This document shows, piece after piece, positions 8,894 through 18,371 of a stretch of 32,000 nt of DNA. The notes below the pieces were generated by a model. That model did not search any database. It was not told the DNA's origin and was given only the letters and a program-made list of their open reading frames with translations. A program made the translations under genes and the position numbers. The stretch is from Candidatus Johnevansia muelleri (GTDB lineage: Bacteria; Pseudomonadota; Gammaproteobacteria; Johnevansiales; Johnevansiaceae): positions 150,001-182,000 of the forward strand of contig LM655252.1 of the NCBI GenBank assembly GCA_000953435.1. Direction: 5' to 3'. Numbering within the stretch: position 1 is the stretch's first letter; each line of letters starts with the position of its first letter.

Positions 8894-9646
8894 ATGATAT
8901 TTTCATTACGATTGGCCTTGGCAGGCACTACCAATTTTGCAGCTAAAACATTTAATGCTTTATTATCAACTGATCACGTTATTGTATTTGTATATACGCA
9001 GCCTGATCGTCCATCAGTACGGGGGATACGAATATTAAAAAATCCTGTTAAAAAATTTGCATACGATAATAAAATAATTGTATATCAACCATATAAATTA
9101 ATACCGACAGAAAGTTCCTATAACATGATTAATGCTAATATTGATATATTAGTAGTTACTGCATATTGTGGAATAATTCCGAAAGAATTGATAAATATAC
9201 CTAAATTGGGAGCAATCAACGTTCATGCTTCATTGCTACCACGGGGGCGTGGAGCAGCACCTATTCAACGTACTATAGAGGCAATTGATAACATAAGTTG
9301 TATTACAATCACAGGTATCGATACTGGTAATATATTGCTATCAAGAGTAATATCAATTAGTGAATATACCAATGGAGGAGAATTACATGATTTTTTATCA
9401 ATAATTTCAGGAGAAGCTCTTATAGATGTACTTAATATAATTGGAAAGTGTTCTGCTTTATTGTTATCAACCCCCCAAAAATTTAAAAACTCAGATGCAG
9501 TATTAGATTTTAATAATGATGCAAAATATATCGCTGCTTTTAATCATTTGCCTGTTGCGTTGTCAATATTAGATAATAAATTAGTACGTATATGGTACAT
9601 AAAAAAATACCCGGGACATTATTATAACCTACACAATATTCTATGA
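8894..9646 (+). CDS. fmt: Methionyl-tRNA formyltransferase, eroded; the reading frame breaks near 9601-9646 and the homologous C-terminus continues in the +1 frame to 9704 (possible pseudogene)
   Basis: The N-domain is collinear with E. coli Fmt (LRLALAGTTNFAA, YTQPDRP, INVHASLLPRGRGAAPIQR, IDTGNIL) but has internal deletions. The ORF is 250 aa, against about 315 aa for E. coli Fmt. The frame starting at 9603 encodes ...FYESGLWNITLVQFSGCKPIS*, which matches the Fmt C-terminal GDGILNLLSLQPAGKKAMS. Confidence 0.8.
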   Translation: MIFSLRLALAGTTNFAAKTFNALLSTDHVIVFVYTQPDRPSVRGIRILKNPVKKFAYDNKIIVYQPYKLIPTESSYNMINANIDILVVTAYCGIIPKELINIPKLGAINVHASLLPRGRGAAPIQRTIEAIDNISCITITGIDTGNILLSRVISISEYTNGGELHDFLSIISGEALIDVLNIIGKCSALLLSTPQKFKNSDAVLDFNNDAKYIAAFNHLPVALSILDNKLVRIWYIKKYPGHYYNLHNIL

Positions 9647-9753
9647 GAGTGGCCTGTGGAATATTACTCTTGTACAATTTTCTGGGTGTAAACCAATATC
9701 ATAAATTTACATTATTAACAATTATATATATATATAGGTAACCGTTTTAAATC

Positions 9754-10758
9754 CTAATTGATATGATTTTGCATAGCTATAGCAGTATCACACATACGAT
9801 TAGAAAATCCCCATTCATTGTCGTACCATGCTAGTATTTTAATTAACTTTCCTAAAACCCTTGTATGGTTTTTATCAAATATAGCAGAATTAGTATTATG
9901 ATTGAAGTCTATAGATACTAATGGTAGATAATTAGTATCTAATATTTTAGAATTATTAGCAGCATCATCAATAATAGCATGAATCTCTTCTTTATTAGTT
10001 TCACGTGTAGCATTAAAACATAAATCTAGTATAGATACGTTAAGTGTAGGTACTCGTATAGCTAACCCATCTAATCTTCCTTTTAATTCTGGTAGCACTA
10101 ATCCTACTGCAGATGCTGCACCAGTTTTGGTAGGAATCATTGATTGACTCGCACTTCTGGCACGGTATGGATCATTATGATATACATCACATAAGTTTTG
10201 GTCATTAGTATAAGAATGAATTGTAGTCATAATACCTGTTTCAATGCCAATAGTATTATTTAACACCATTGCTATTGGGGCAAGACAATTAGTAGTACAT
10301 GATGCATTAGATACTATATGATGTTTATCTGTAAGTTTTTCATCGTTAACTCCAAAAACCACAGTAGCATCTGAATCAAAACTAGGACTTGAAATTAATA
10401 CGCGTTTTGCTCCACCTTTAATATGTTTAGCAGCATCAATACGTTTTGTAAAAATTCCAGTACACTCCATTACTAAATCTATATTTAAATCTTTCCATGG
10501 TAATTTTTCAGGATTTCTTTCAGAAAATATAGCAATATTATCTTTATTTATTAATATGCTTTTATTATTAAAATAAACTTTAAATTTAAAAGTACCATGA
10601 GTAGTATCGAATTGTAGCAAATGAGCATTTATATTTGACTTACCTATATCATTAATAGCTATAATCTGAATATTTTTACGGTAACCGTTTTCATAAACTG
10701 CACGTAAAATATTACGACCAATACGACCAAACCCATTAATAGCAACTCGTAAACTCAT
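9754..10758 (-). CDS. gapA: Glyceraldehyde-3-phosphate dehydrogenase
   Basis: The motifs are VAINGFGRIGRN and the active site SNASCTTNCLAP. The C-terminus WYDNEWGFSNR is typical. The start is preceded by AAGGAG. Confidence 0.95.
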   Translation of the reverse strand: MSLRVAINGFGRIGRNILRAVYENGYRKNIQIIAINDIGKSNINAHLLQFDTTHGTFKFKVYFNNKSILINKDNIAIFSERNPEKLPWKDLNIDLVMECTGIFTKRIDAAKHIKGGAKRVLISSPSFDSDATVVFGVNDEKLTDKHHIVSNASCTTNCLAPIAMVLNNTIGIETGIMTTIHSYTNDQNLCDVYHNDPYRARSASQSMIPTKTGAASAVGLVLPELKGRLDGLAIRVPTLNVSILDLCFNATRETNKEEIHAIIDDAANNSKILDTNYLPLVSIDFNHNTNSAIFDKNHTRVLGKLIKILAWYDNEWGFSNRMCDTAIAMQNHIN

Positions 10759-10821
10759 ATTTTTGCTCCTTAAAAATTATAATTTCTTAATAAAAATACT
10801 ATTATCTTTCGGAGCATAATA

Positions 10822-11775
10822 ATGACACGACCATTTTTGGTCGGAGATATAGGAGGTACAAATATACGTCTAGCGTTGTTAACAAAATATCATATTCATG
10901 ATATACATAAAATTAAATGTACAAATTACAAAAGTATAATTGAAGCTGTACGTTCTTACATTAAAATGGTAAAATGTAAAAAGCCGAAAGAAGCTTGTTT
11001 AGCCTTTGCATGTCCAGTAAATCATGATTTAATTAAAATGACTAATAACTCTTGGATTTTTAATAAATCAGAATTTCAAATAGACCTTGGATTATATAAT
11101 TTTAAAGTAATAAATGATTTTACAGCTATGGCACTTGGATTACCCCATATTAACAAAAAGTATCTGTATAAAATAGGAAATGGAGTTAGCAAAAAAGAAA
11201 ATATAAGGTTAGTTATAGGACCAGGAACAGGAATGGGCCTATCTGGATTAATGCCTAGCAATAGGTTTTGGTTACCTTTATCTACAGAAGGTGGGCATGC
11301 AAGTTTTGCACCAACAGACAATTTTGAGATAAAGTTATGGAATTGGTTTGAAGCACGTTATGATCGTGTTTCTATTGAACGAATACTATCAGGACAAGGA
11401 TTAGTTGATTTATATAAAGCATATACAGAATTTGAAAAAATTATTGCAATTTGTAAAACCCCTGCTGATGTAACAAATGCAGCCATTCAAAATAATTATA
11501 TAGCTTATAAAGCTGTTATGCTTTTTTGCAAAATTTTAGGTAGTGTAATTGGAGATTTTGCACTTACTATAGGAGCTATTGGAGGGATTTATATATGCGG
11601 GGGGATTTTACCACGTATTATTGATTTATTAGACAAAAGTGATTTTCGTAAATCTTTCATTTCAAAAGGTAGAATGGGTTGTTACACATATAATATTGCT
11701 ACTTGGATTGTAATGGATAAGTGGACAGGCCTTATAGGTGCAGCAGAAGCGCTATATAATGAAGAAGTATTTTAA
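10822..11775 (+). CDS. glk: Glucokinase
   Basis: The ORF has LVGDIGGTNIRLAL (ATP site), INDFTAMA, GPGTGMG, EGGHASFAP and ERILSGQGL. It is collinear with E. coli Glk. A GGAG lies upstream of the ATG. Confidence 0.9.
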   Translation: MTRPFLVGDIGGTNIRLALLTKYHIHDIHKIKCTNYKSIIEAVRSYIKMVKCKKPKEACLAFACPVNHDLIKMTNNSWIFNKSEFQIDLGLYNFKVINDFTAMALGLPHINKKYLYKIGNGVSKKENIRLVIGPGTGMGLSGLMPSNRFWLPLSTEGGHASFAPTDNFEIKLWNWFEARYDRVSIERILSGQGLVDLYKAYTEFEKIIAICKTPADVTNAAIQNNYIAYKAVMLFCKILGSVIGDFALTIGAIGGIYICGGILPRIIDLLDKSDFRKSFISKGRMGCYTYNIATWIVMDKWTGLIGAAEALYNEEVF

Positions 11776-14171
11776 TTTCTTATAGTTACTTCATGATTTT
11801 TATTTAAATAATTTATTATATTCAGCATTATTTTTTCTATATCTTTATCATAAAGCGTACGGAAAGGATGCTGCCAGGTTAAACTAAAAGTAATGCTTTT
11901 ATAACCAAATTTTATCCCGTGTCCTTGATAAATATCAAAAAATTTTATATCAGTGAGCCAGTCACCACTAATTGAACGAATACTATCAATCAAGATTATT
12001 ATTGGTATTTCCTGTTTAACTATTAAAGATAAATCTCGACTGGTTTCTGGAAAACGTGATATTTTTTTTACTTTAATAGACTTACGTGTCAATATTAAAT
12101 CTATATCAAGCTCAAATAGAAAAACTTCAAAGTTAATATTAAGCGCCGTTGCAATATCTGGGTGTATTGCCCCTATCCATCCAACAGTATTATTAAATGT
12201 ACCATCTTTATCAATATACAAAATTTTAGCACTTTTTCCTGGGTGTAATGCAGGATGTTCAACATATTCGAAATACCAACTTTCAATATTACCACCAATA
12301 TGTAATATACTTTCTACATCACCTTTTATATCCAAAAAATCTAAGTTTTCTGAATGTGATGTCCATATTGAATAACGAGTACCGGTTAAAATACCTCCTA
12401 TTTTTTTTATTTGTTTAACATATTGTGCATTATCTCCTATGAATACCATTCCTTTTTCAAACAATGCAATACTCGTTTTATGCCGATTTTTATTATAAAT
12501 AAATGTAGTTATTAATCCAGGCCAAAGACTAGTACGCATTACTGACATATCCTTATTAATAGGATTATATATTTTCAATGCAGCAACATAAGGATCAAAC
12601 ATATATTGAAGTTCAGATGAAATAAAACTATAAGTAATTACTTCGTTATATTCACGTGTAATTAATTGTTTACAAATGTCAATACATGATAAATTTTTTT
12701 TTAGTTCCATTCTTGATATACTAAATATATTAATTTTAGAAATTAAATTACTATAACCATATATTCTAGCTAATTCTTCTATTAAATCAGGTACATTATT
12801 TATATCAAATCGCCAGTGGGGGACCTCTACATTCCATATACAATCTATTTTATGTTTAATTTTAATTCCTAGTAGACTAATAATAGTCTCAATTTCATGT
12901 GTTTTTATATGAGTTCCAAGTAACTTTTCAATTTTTTTATCACTTAATTCTATTTTTCTTTTGCAAGGGAAGTATACTTCATATTGTATACTAGTTATTG
13001 GACCCGCTTTACCACCAGTAATATCAATAATTAATTTAGTTGCACGTTCAATGGCTATATGCTGAAGTGTACTATCTACCCCCCGTTCGAAACGTTGAGA
13101 AGAGTTAGTATATAAATTATAATATCGAGCTTGTCCTGTTAATGATAATGGATTTAAGAATTCAGATTTTAATAATATATTTCTAGTATTTCCATCCATA
13201 CTAATATTTGAAAATTTACTTTTTATTATGCCAGTAATTTCTAGTAAATGATTTTTATCAGTACTCACTAGAGTATCATCTCGTAGATAAATATGCGATC
13301 CATTGACTAACTGCAATGATTCCCCGATATGTGCCATCCTAATATTTAATTTTCCATTAATAGTATCAATATCAAAAGTATTTATGGGCTGTCCTAATTC
13401 TAACATAACATAATTTATTATATCATCTATAATATTAATAGATAAAATACCAATATTATTTAATCTATACTGCATCCATAAAGGAGTTATTGTATTAAAA
13501 TCTATATTTTCAATAACTCTTGTTACTAAACATGGACAGTCTTTGGGATTATTAATATTGATAGGATATACACGAGAATTATGTATATGAACATTTTCAA
13601 AATTTAAGAATTTCACAGGAATTCTATTTAATACACCTAATTCCCTAGCAAAACCTCGTAAACTTAGACAATCTCCTCTGTTCGGTGTCAAATCAACATC
13701 AATTATTACATCATCAAGTTTAATCCAATTACGAATATCAACGCCCACTATTGCTTTTTTAGGTAAAATTATGATTTCTTTATAAGAAGTTTCTAAACCT
13801 AGTTCATATGGCCTACAAATTATACCATAAGATTCAACCCCATGTATTTTTCGTTTTATTACTCTGAAGTTTTTAAATATAAATGAACCAAGTGGTGCAA
13901 ATGCAATATTATTACCTTGTGATATTTTATATCTATGGCATACTACTTTATGAACTATTTTACCATCGTATAATTTATAAATATTAAGCTTATTAACCTT
14001 GGGATGCCTATTGATGTTTATAATGCAAGCAATCACTACACCTGAAAATAATGCTAATTTAGTTTCTATTGTAGTAACTTCTAAACCAGCTATAGTAATT
14101 TGATTAGCAAGTTCATGTGTGTATAATTTTGGATATACAAATTCACGTAGCCACTGCTCTGAAATTTTCAT
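11772..14171 (-). CDS. pheT: Phenylalanine--tRNA ligase beta subunit
   Basis: The ORF-track frame spans 11772-14183. I prefer the ATG at 14171 because MKISEQWLREFV aligns with the E. coli N-terminus MKFSELWLREWV. Length is about 800 aa, with B3/4, B5 and FDX-ACB regions recognisable by eye. Confidence 0.95.
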   Translation of the reverse strand: MKISEQWLREFVYPKLYTHELANQITIAGLEVTTIETKLALFSGVVIACIININRHPKVNKLNIYKLYDGKIVHKVVCHRYKISQGNNIAFAPLGSFIFKNFRVIKRKIHGVESYGIICRPYELGLETSYKEIIILPKKAIVGVDIRNWIKLDDVIIDVDLTPNRGDCLSLRGFARELGVLNRIPVKFLNFENVHIHNSRVYPININNPKDCPCLVTRVIENIDFNTITPLWMQYRLNNIGILSINIIDDIINYVMLELGQPINTFDIDTINGKLNIRMAHIGESLQLVNGSHIYLRDDTLVSTDKNHLLEITGIIKSKFSNISMDGNTRNILLKSEFLNPLSLTGQARYYNLYTNSSQRFERGVDSTLQHIAIERATKLIIDITGGKAGPITSIQYEVYFPCKRKIELSDKKIEKLLGTHIKTHEIETIISLLGIKIKHKIDCIWNVEVPHWRFDINNVPDLIEELARIYGYSNLISKINIFSISRMELKKNLSCIDICKQLITREYNEVITYSFISSELQYMFDPYVAALKIYNPINKDMSVMRTSLWPGLITTFIYNKNRHKTSIALFEKGMVFIGDNAQYVKQIKKIGGILTGTRYSIWTSHSENLDFLDIKGDVESILHIGGNIESWYFEYVEHPALHPGKSAKILYIDKDGTFNNTVGWIGAIHPDIATALNINFEVFLFELDIDLILTRKSIKVKKISRFPETSRDLSLIVKQEIPIIILIDSIRSISGDWLTDIKFFDIYQGHGIKFGYKSITFSLTWQHPFRTLYDKDIEKIMLNIINYLNKNHEVTIRN

Positions 14172-14210
14172 ATTAAATAGCATCTTACATCTTATTTTGA
14201 TATCATTTAT

Positions 14211-15197
14211 TCAAAATTGACGCAAAAACCGTAGGTCATTCTCAAATAATATACGTAAATCACTAATACCATATCGTAACATTGTTAACCGCTCAACACC
14301 AATACCAAATGCAAATCCAGAATAAATATCTGGTATACCTACAACATTAAGCACATTATGGCTAACCATACCACATCCTATTACTTCTATCCAATTAGAA
14401 AAACATTCGCGACGTATGTCTACCTCAACAGAAGGTTCAGTAAAAGGAAAATAAGATGACCTAAATCGTATATCAATTTCATCACATTCGAAAAAAATTT
14501 TAATGAATTCTTCAATTGTGCCTTTTAAATCAGCAAATGTAACTTCTTTATCTATGTATAAACCTTCAATTTGATGAAACATTGGACTATGTGTCGTATC
14601 GTAATCACACCGATAAACTCGACCAGGACAAATTATTCGAATAGGTAATACATTTTTTTCCATAGTGCGAATTTGTACTGGTGATGTATGTGTACGTAAC
14701 AAATATTGACAATCACTGAAATAGAAAGTATCATGCATTGCACGAGCAGGATGGGAAACTGGCATATTAAGTGCTTCGAAATTATGATACTCATCTTCTA
14801 TTTCTGGACCATGAACAACATTATAACCTATATTTACAAATATATTTTCTATATTTTGTAATGTTTGTGTTAATGGATGAAGGTTACCTATATTTTTTTG
14901 ACTACGTATTCCTGGTAATGAAACATCGATACGTTCATTTAAAAGCTTACTTTCAACAGCTTGATATTTAATGTTTTCTTTTTTTATTTCCAAATATTTT
15001 AAAATTATATTTTTTGCCTGATTAATTAAATCTCCATTTACAATGCGATCTTCATTAGCACATTTTACTAACGATTTAAACAGTAAATTTAATTCTCCTT
15101 TTTTACCAAAGTATCTAATACGAATTTTTTCTAGTGAATCAATATCATTTGCATAAACTATTTCAGCACGGCATTTTTCAACGAGTTTTGAGTACAT
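14211..15197 (-). CDS. pheS: Phenylalanine--tRNA ligase alpha subunit
   Basis: The ORF-track frame spans 14211-15245. I prefer the ATG at 15197 (MYSKLVEKCRAEI...), which gives about 328 aa, like E. coli PheS (327 aa). Class II motifs are present: HPARAMHDTFY, FRSSYFPFTEPS and GFAFGIGVERL. The gene ends with TGA after ...DLRFLRQF; E. coli PheS ends one residue later (...DLRFLKQFK). Confidence 0.95.
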   Translation of the reverse strand: MYSKLVEKCRAEIVYANDIDSLEKIRIRYFGKKGELNLLFKSLVKCANEDRIVNGDLINQAKNIILKYLEIKKENIKYQAVESKLLNERIDVSLPGIRSQKNIGNLHPLTQTLQNIENIFVNIGYNVVHGPEIEDEYHNFEALNMPVSHPARAMHDTFYFSDCQYLLRTHTSPVQIRTMEKNVLPIRIICPGRVYRCDYDTTHSPMFHQIEGLYIDKEVTFADLKGTIEEFIKIFFECDEIDIRFRSSYFPFTEPSVEVDIRRECFSNWIEVIGCGMVSHNVLNVVGIPDIYSGFAFGIGVERLTMLRYGISDLRILFENDLRFLRQF

Positions 15198-15268
15198 TGT
15201 TAAAATATGATAATATAAACATACAATTTCGAGCATAATTATCAAATTAAATTATAATATTTAACATT

Positions 15269-15622
15269 TTATTTATTTGCTTTAGCTTTTTCTACAATCG
15301 CGTTAAAAACTGTCTTTTTATTAAAAGCTAAATATGCTAATATCTTTCTGTTAATTATAATTTTGGACTTTTTCAATCCCGAAATTAAAATACTATATGA
15401 TAAACCATATATTCTAGCTACAGCATTTAATCTTATTATCCAAATTGCACGTAATTTATTTTTACGCTTTTTACGGTCACGGTAAGCATACTCACCAGCC
15501 TTTATAACAGCTTGTTTAGCAATTCGAAATGTACGAGAACGGGCACCATAATAACCTTTAGCTTTTTTAATAATTTTATTATGACGACGATGAGCAACGA
15601 CGCCACGTTTTACACGAGGCAT
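15269..15622 (-). CDS. rplT: 50S ribosomal protein L20
   Basis: The N-terminus [30 protein letters not shown] is canonical for L20. Length is 117 aa. Confidence 0.95.
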   Translation of the reverse strand: MPRVKRGVVAHRRHNKIIKKAKGYYGARSRTFRIAKQAVIKAGEYAYRDRKKRKNKLRAIWIIRLNAVARIYGLSYSILISGLKKSKIIINRKILAYLAFNKKTVFNAIVEKAKANK

Positions 15623-15639
15623 AGTATTGATTATCTCCT

Positions 15640-15834
15640 TTATAAATTAGGTAACATGCGTGATACACTCTTGCAATCATATGCGGATATAGGCTTTAGT
15701 TTTCTAAGCTGACGTTTACGTTTAGAAGATTTATGGGTAAGTATATGATTACGAAAAGACTGCTTGTGTTTAAAACCAATAGCAGTTTTTTTAAAACGCT
15801 TAGTAGCACCTCTATTACTTTTTATTTTATACAT
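15640..15834 (-). CDS. rpmI: 50S ribosomal protein L35
   Basis: The ORF track extends to 15876, which would overlap infC. Homology begins at the internal [17 protein letters not shown] (canonical L35 is MPKIKT.RGAAKRFKKT). That gives a 64-aa protein starting at 15834. Confidence 0.92.
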   Translation of the reverse strand: MYKIKSNRGATKRFKKTAIGFKHKQSFRNHILTHKSSKRKRQLRKLKPISAYDCKSVSRMLPNL

Positions 15835-15856
15835 AAATAAAAATCCATTTAATATT

Positions 15857-16381
15857 TTAAAAATTTTTTGGGGCAAATATAATTGTTATTTGTAGCCCCT
15901 CTATTTTAGCAGGTGATTCAATTATTGCTACTTTAGATAAATCATTCTCTATCCTTTCTATTATTTTTTGTACTATATCTTTATAGTTTATTTCACGTCC
16001 ACGAAAACGTATAGTAACTTTAATTTTATCACCTTCTTTAATAAATTGAATTAATTTACGTATTTTAACATAATAGTCAAAATCATCTGTTACAGGACGT
16101 AATTTTATTTCCTTAATTTTCATCTTTTTGTGCCTTTTGGGTTTTGATAATTTTTGCTTTTTTTCAAAAATAAACTTGCCATAATTCATTATCTTACATA
16201 CAACAGGGTCTGTGTTAGATGATACCTGAACTAAATCAAGCCCAACACTTTTTGCCCTAGATAAAGCATCTTTTATATCTACCACACCAAGCTGCTCACC
16301 TTTGTTATCTATTAATCTTACTTTTTCAGCACGTATATTATTATTAATTATAAAAAATCCCCTTGAATTATTATGTTTTAT
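15857..16381 (-). CDS. infC: Translation initiation factor IF-3; probable non-AUG (AUA) start
   Basis: The ORF track starts at GTG 16285, but the frame stays open up to the stop at 16397-16399. That upstream stretch encodes [40 protein letters not shown].... It is collinear with the E. coli IF3 N-terminus [43 protein letters not shown]. A GGAG lies 8 nt upstream of ATA 16379-16381. An alternative start is ATT at 16346-16348. Confidence 0.88.
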   Translation of the reverse strand: MKHNNSRGFFIINNNIRAEKVRLIDNKGEQLGVVDIKDALSRAKSVGLDLVQVSSNTDPVVCKIMNYGKFIFEKKQKLSKPKRHKKMKIKEIKLRPVTDDFDYYVKIRKLIQFIKEGDKIKVTIRFRGREINYKDIVQKIIERIENDLSKVAIIESPAKIEGLQITIIFAPKNF

Positions 16382-16423
16382 CGCTTTATCTCCATTTTAT
16401 AGAGTTAGTTTATATAGATATAG

Positions 16424-18310
16424 TTAATAAGACAATACAGCACATTCATTTATTATAAAATTTATGAATTCATTAACATGTATTGTCCCTAAATTATTAC
16501 CGCGTAATCTAACAGAAATATTTCCAAATTCTACTTCTTTATCACCTACAATTAATATATATGGAACTTTTTTCAAAGTATGCTCACGTATTTTAAATCC
16601 AATCTTTTCATTCCTTAAGTCTGATTTAATACGAACCCCACAGTTTTCAATTTTTTTTAATAATTTTTTAGTATAATTATTATGAGCATTAGTTATATTC
16701 ATAACTACAGCCTGCAATGGCGATAACCAAATAGGTAAATTCCCTGCATAATGCTCTATTAATATACCTATGAATCGCTCAAAAGAGCCAATGATAGCTC
16801 TGTGTAACATTACTGGTACACTCTTTAGTCCATATTTATCTATATACTGTGCACCTAACCTATTTGGCATAATAAAGTCAACTTGTATAGTACCTAATTG
16901 CCATGAACGACCAATTGAATCTTTAATATGATATTCTATTTTAGGACCGTAAAATGCCCCATCTCCAGGATGTTCTTTCCATTGTACCTTACTTTTATAT
17001 AAAGCACATCGCAATACTTCTTCTGCTATATCCCAATCAGCCTCTTTTCCAATACGTTTATTTGGACGAAGTGCAATTTTAACGTCAATATCATTGAATC
17101 CAAAATCATTGTATACTTTAATTGATTGATTGTGGAAAGCAATTATTTCATATTCAAGGTGCTCATAAAGGCAAAAAATATGCCCATCATCTTGGGTAAA
17201 TGCACGAGTACGCATAAGACCATGAAGAGCCCCAGAAAGCTCGTTTCTATGACAACTTCCAAACTCACCATAACGAATTGGAAGCATACGATAACTATAT
17301 AATCCTGAATTGAATATCTGAATATGATTTGGGCAATTCATAGGTTTAATGGCATATTCACGTTTTTCTGATTCTGTAAAGAACATATTTTCATAATAAT
17401 TTTCCCAGTGTCCAGAATTTTTCCATATACTTACGTCCATAATCTGTGGACACCTAATTTCATAATATTCACAACGTTTGTATACATTACGCATATATTT
17501 TTCAATTACTTGCCAAATTGTCCAACCACGATAATGCCAAAATATCATGCCTGGAGCTTCTTTTTGTATATGTAAAAGATCAAGTTTACTTGCAATTTTT
17601 CTGTGATCACGCTTTTTTGCTTCTTTTAATCCATTAATATATATATTCATAGCTTGTTTTTCTTGCCATGCTGTTCCAAAAATTCTAGTAAGCATGGTAC
17701 TTTTTGAATTACCATGCCAATAAGCTCCAGATAAATTTAATAATTTAAATGCATTTATATTAATAGTACTTTGTATATTAGGTCCTCTGCACAAATCTAT
17801 ATAATCATTATAGTAATATAATATAACATTTTCGTATTCAGGAATACAATTTATAATTTCTTGTTTATATGGTTCATTTCTTTCTATGAAAATTCTAATA
17901 GCCTCTTCGTGATCTAAATATAAACGTATAATTTTATAGTCTTGATCAATAAGCTTATTCATTCTATGTTCTATAGCTTTTAGGTTAATTGGTTTACTAA
18001 AATCAATATCATAATAAAATCCATTATCTATAAATTTACATATTGCCAGTTTAGCATCTGGATAAATATGTTTAACAGCATTACCTAAAATATGTGCACA
18101 TGATTTACGAACAATATTGATACCTTCTATATCTTTAATTGTAACTATACTTATTGCTGAGTCACTATTAACAATGTATTCAGTATCTACTAGCATACCA
18201 TCAATATTTACAGCTATAACTGAATTTTTTATATCTATATATTGAACAATTTTCCTAATTTTTGTAGGTGCATAAAAAGTACGAATACTACTCTCATAAA
18301 TAGTGAACAT
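16424..18310 (-). CDS. thrS: Threonine--tRNA ligase
   Basis: This 628-aa ORF is collinear with E. coli ThrRS. Matching segments include KSCAHILG, YIDLCRGP, AYWHGNSKSTMLTRIFGTAW, KRDHRKI, PMNCPNHIQIF, FGSCHRNE, TQDDGHIF and HRAIIGSFERFIGIL. GAAGGAAG lies upstream of the ATG. Confidence 0.95.
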   Translation of the reverse strand: MFTIYESSIRTFYAPTKIRKIVQYIDIKNSVIAVNIDGMLVDTEYIVNSDSAISIVTIKDIEGINIVRKSCAHILGNAVKHIYPDAKLAICKFIDNGFYYDIDFSKPINLKAIEHRMNKLIDQDYKIIRLYLDHEEAIRIFIERNEPYKQEIINCIPEYENVILYYYNDYIDLCRGPNIQSTININAFKLLNLSGAYWHGNSKSTMLTRIFGTAWQEKQAMNIYINGLKEAKKRDHRKIASKLDLLHIQKEAPGMIFWHYRGWTIWQVIEKYMRNVYKRCEYYEIRCPQIMDVSIWKNSGHWENYYENMFFTESEKREYAIKPMNCPNHIQIFNSGLYSYRMLPIRYGEFGSCHRNELSGALHGLMRTRAFTQDDGHIFCLYEHLEYEIIAFHNQSIKVYNDFGFNDIDVKIALRPNKRIGKEADWDIAEEVLRCALYKSKVQWKEHPGDGAFYGPKIEYHIKDSIGRSWQLGTIQVDFIMPNRLGAQYIDKYGLKSVPVMLHRAIIGSFERFIGILIEHYAGNLPIWLSPLQAVVMNITNAHNNYTKKLLKKIENCGVRIKSDLRNEKIGFKIREHTLKKVPYILIVGDKEVEFGNISVRLRGNNLGTIHVNEFINFIINECAVLSY

Positions 18311-18371
18311 TATTAGCTTCCTTCACCACCATTAAATAATATATTTATAAATTATAATTTTTAAATTAACG

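Noticed and set aside
9723-9736. A (TA)7 microsatellite in the fmt-gapA spacer.
   Set aside because: It is short simple-sequence DNA in an AT-rich convergent spacer. Nothing suggests a function beyond composition.
14211-14213. Possible UGA-to-Trp recoding, as seen in some tiny AT-rich symbiont genomes.
   Set aside because: pheS ends with TGA after ...DLRFLRQF, one residue short of the E. coli PheS C-terminus (...DLRFLKQFK). All long ORFs are intact under the standard code, and the Trp codons I checked are TGG. The TGA that ends the fmt frame is better explained by a frameshift, because the homologous sequence continues in a different frame, not the same one.
15198-15268. A pheM-like leader peptide or attenuator between rplT and pheS. 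The in-frame upstream ATGs at 15245 and 15236 give MIIMLEIVCLYYHILT...
   Set aside because: The upstream extension has no run of Phe codons and is in frame with pheS rather than a separate leader. No terminator/antiterminator pair is apparent. It is better explained as a spurious 5' extension of the pheS ORF.
15835-15876. The long form of rpmI (78 aa, start at 15876), which overlaps the infC 3' end.
   Set aside because: Homology to L35 begins at the internal Met ([14 protein letters not shown]). The extra 14 residues ([14 protein letters not shown]) have no counterpart in L35 and would overlap infC.
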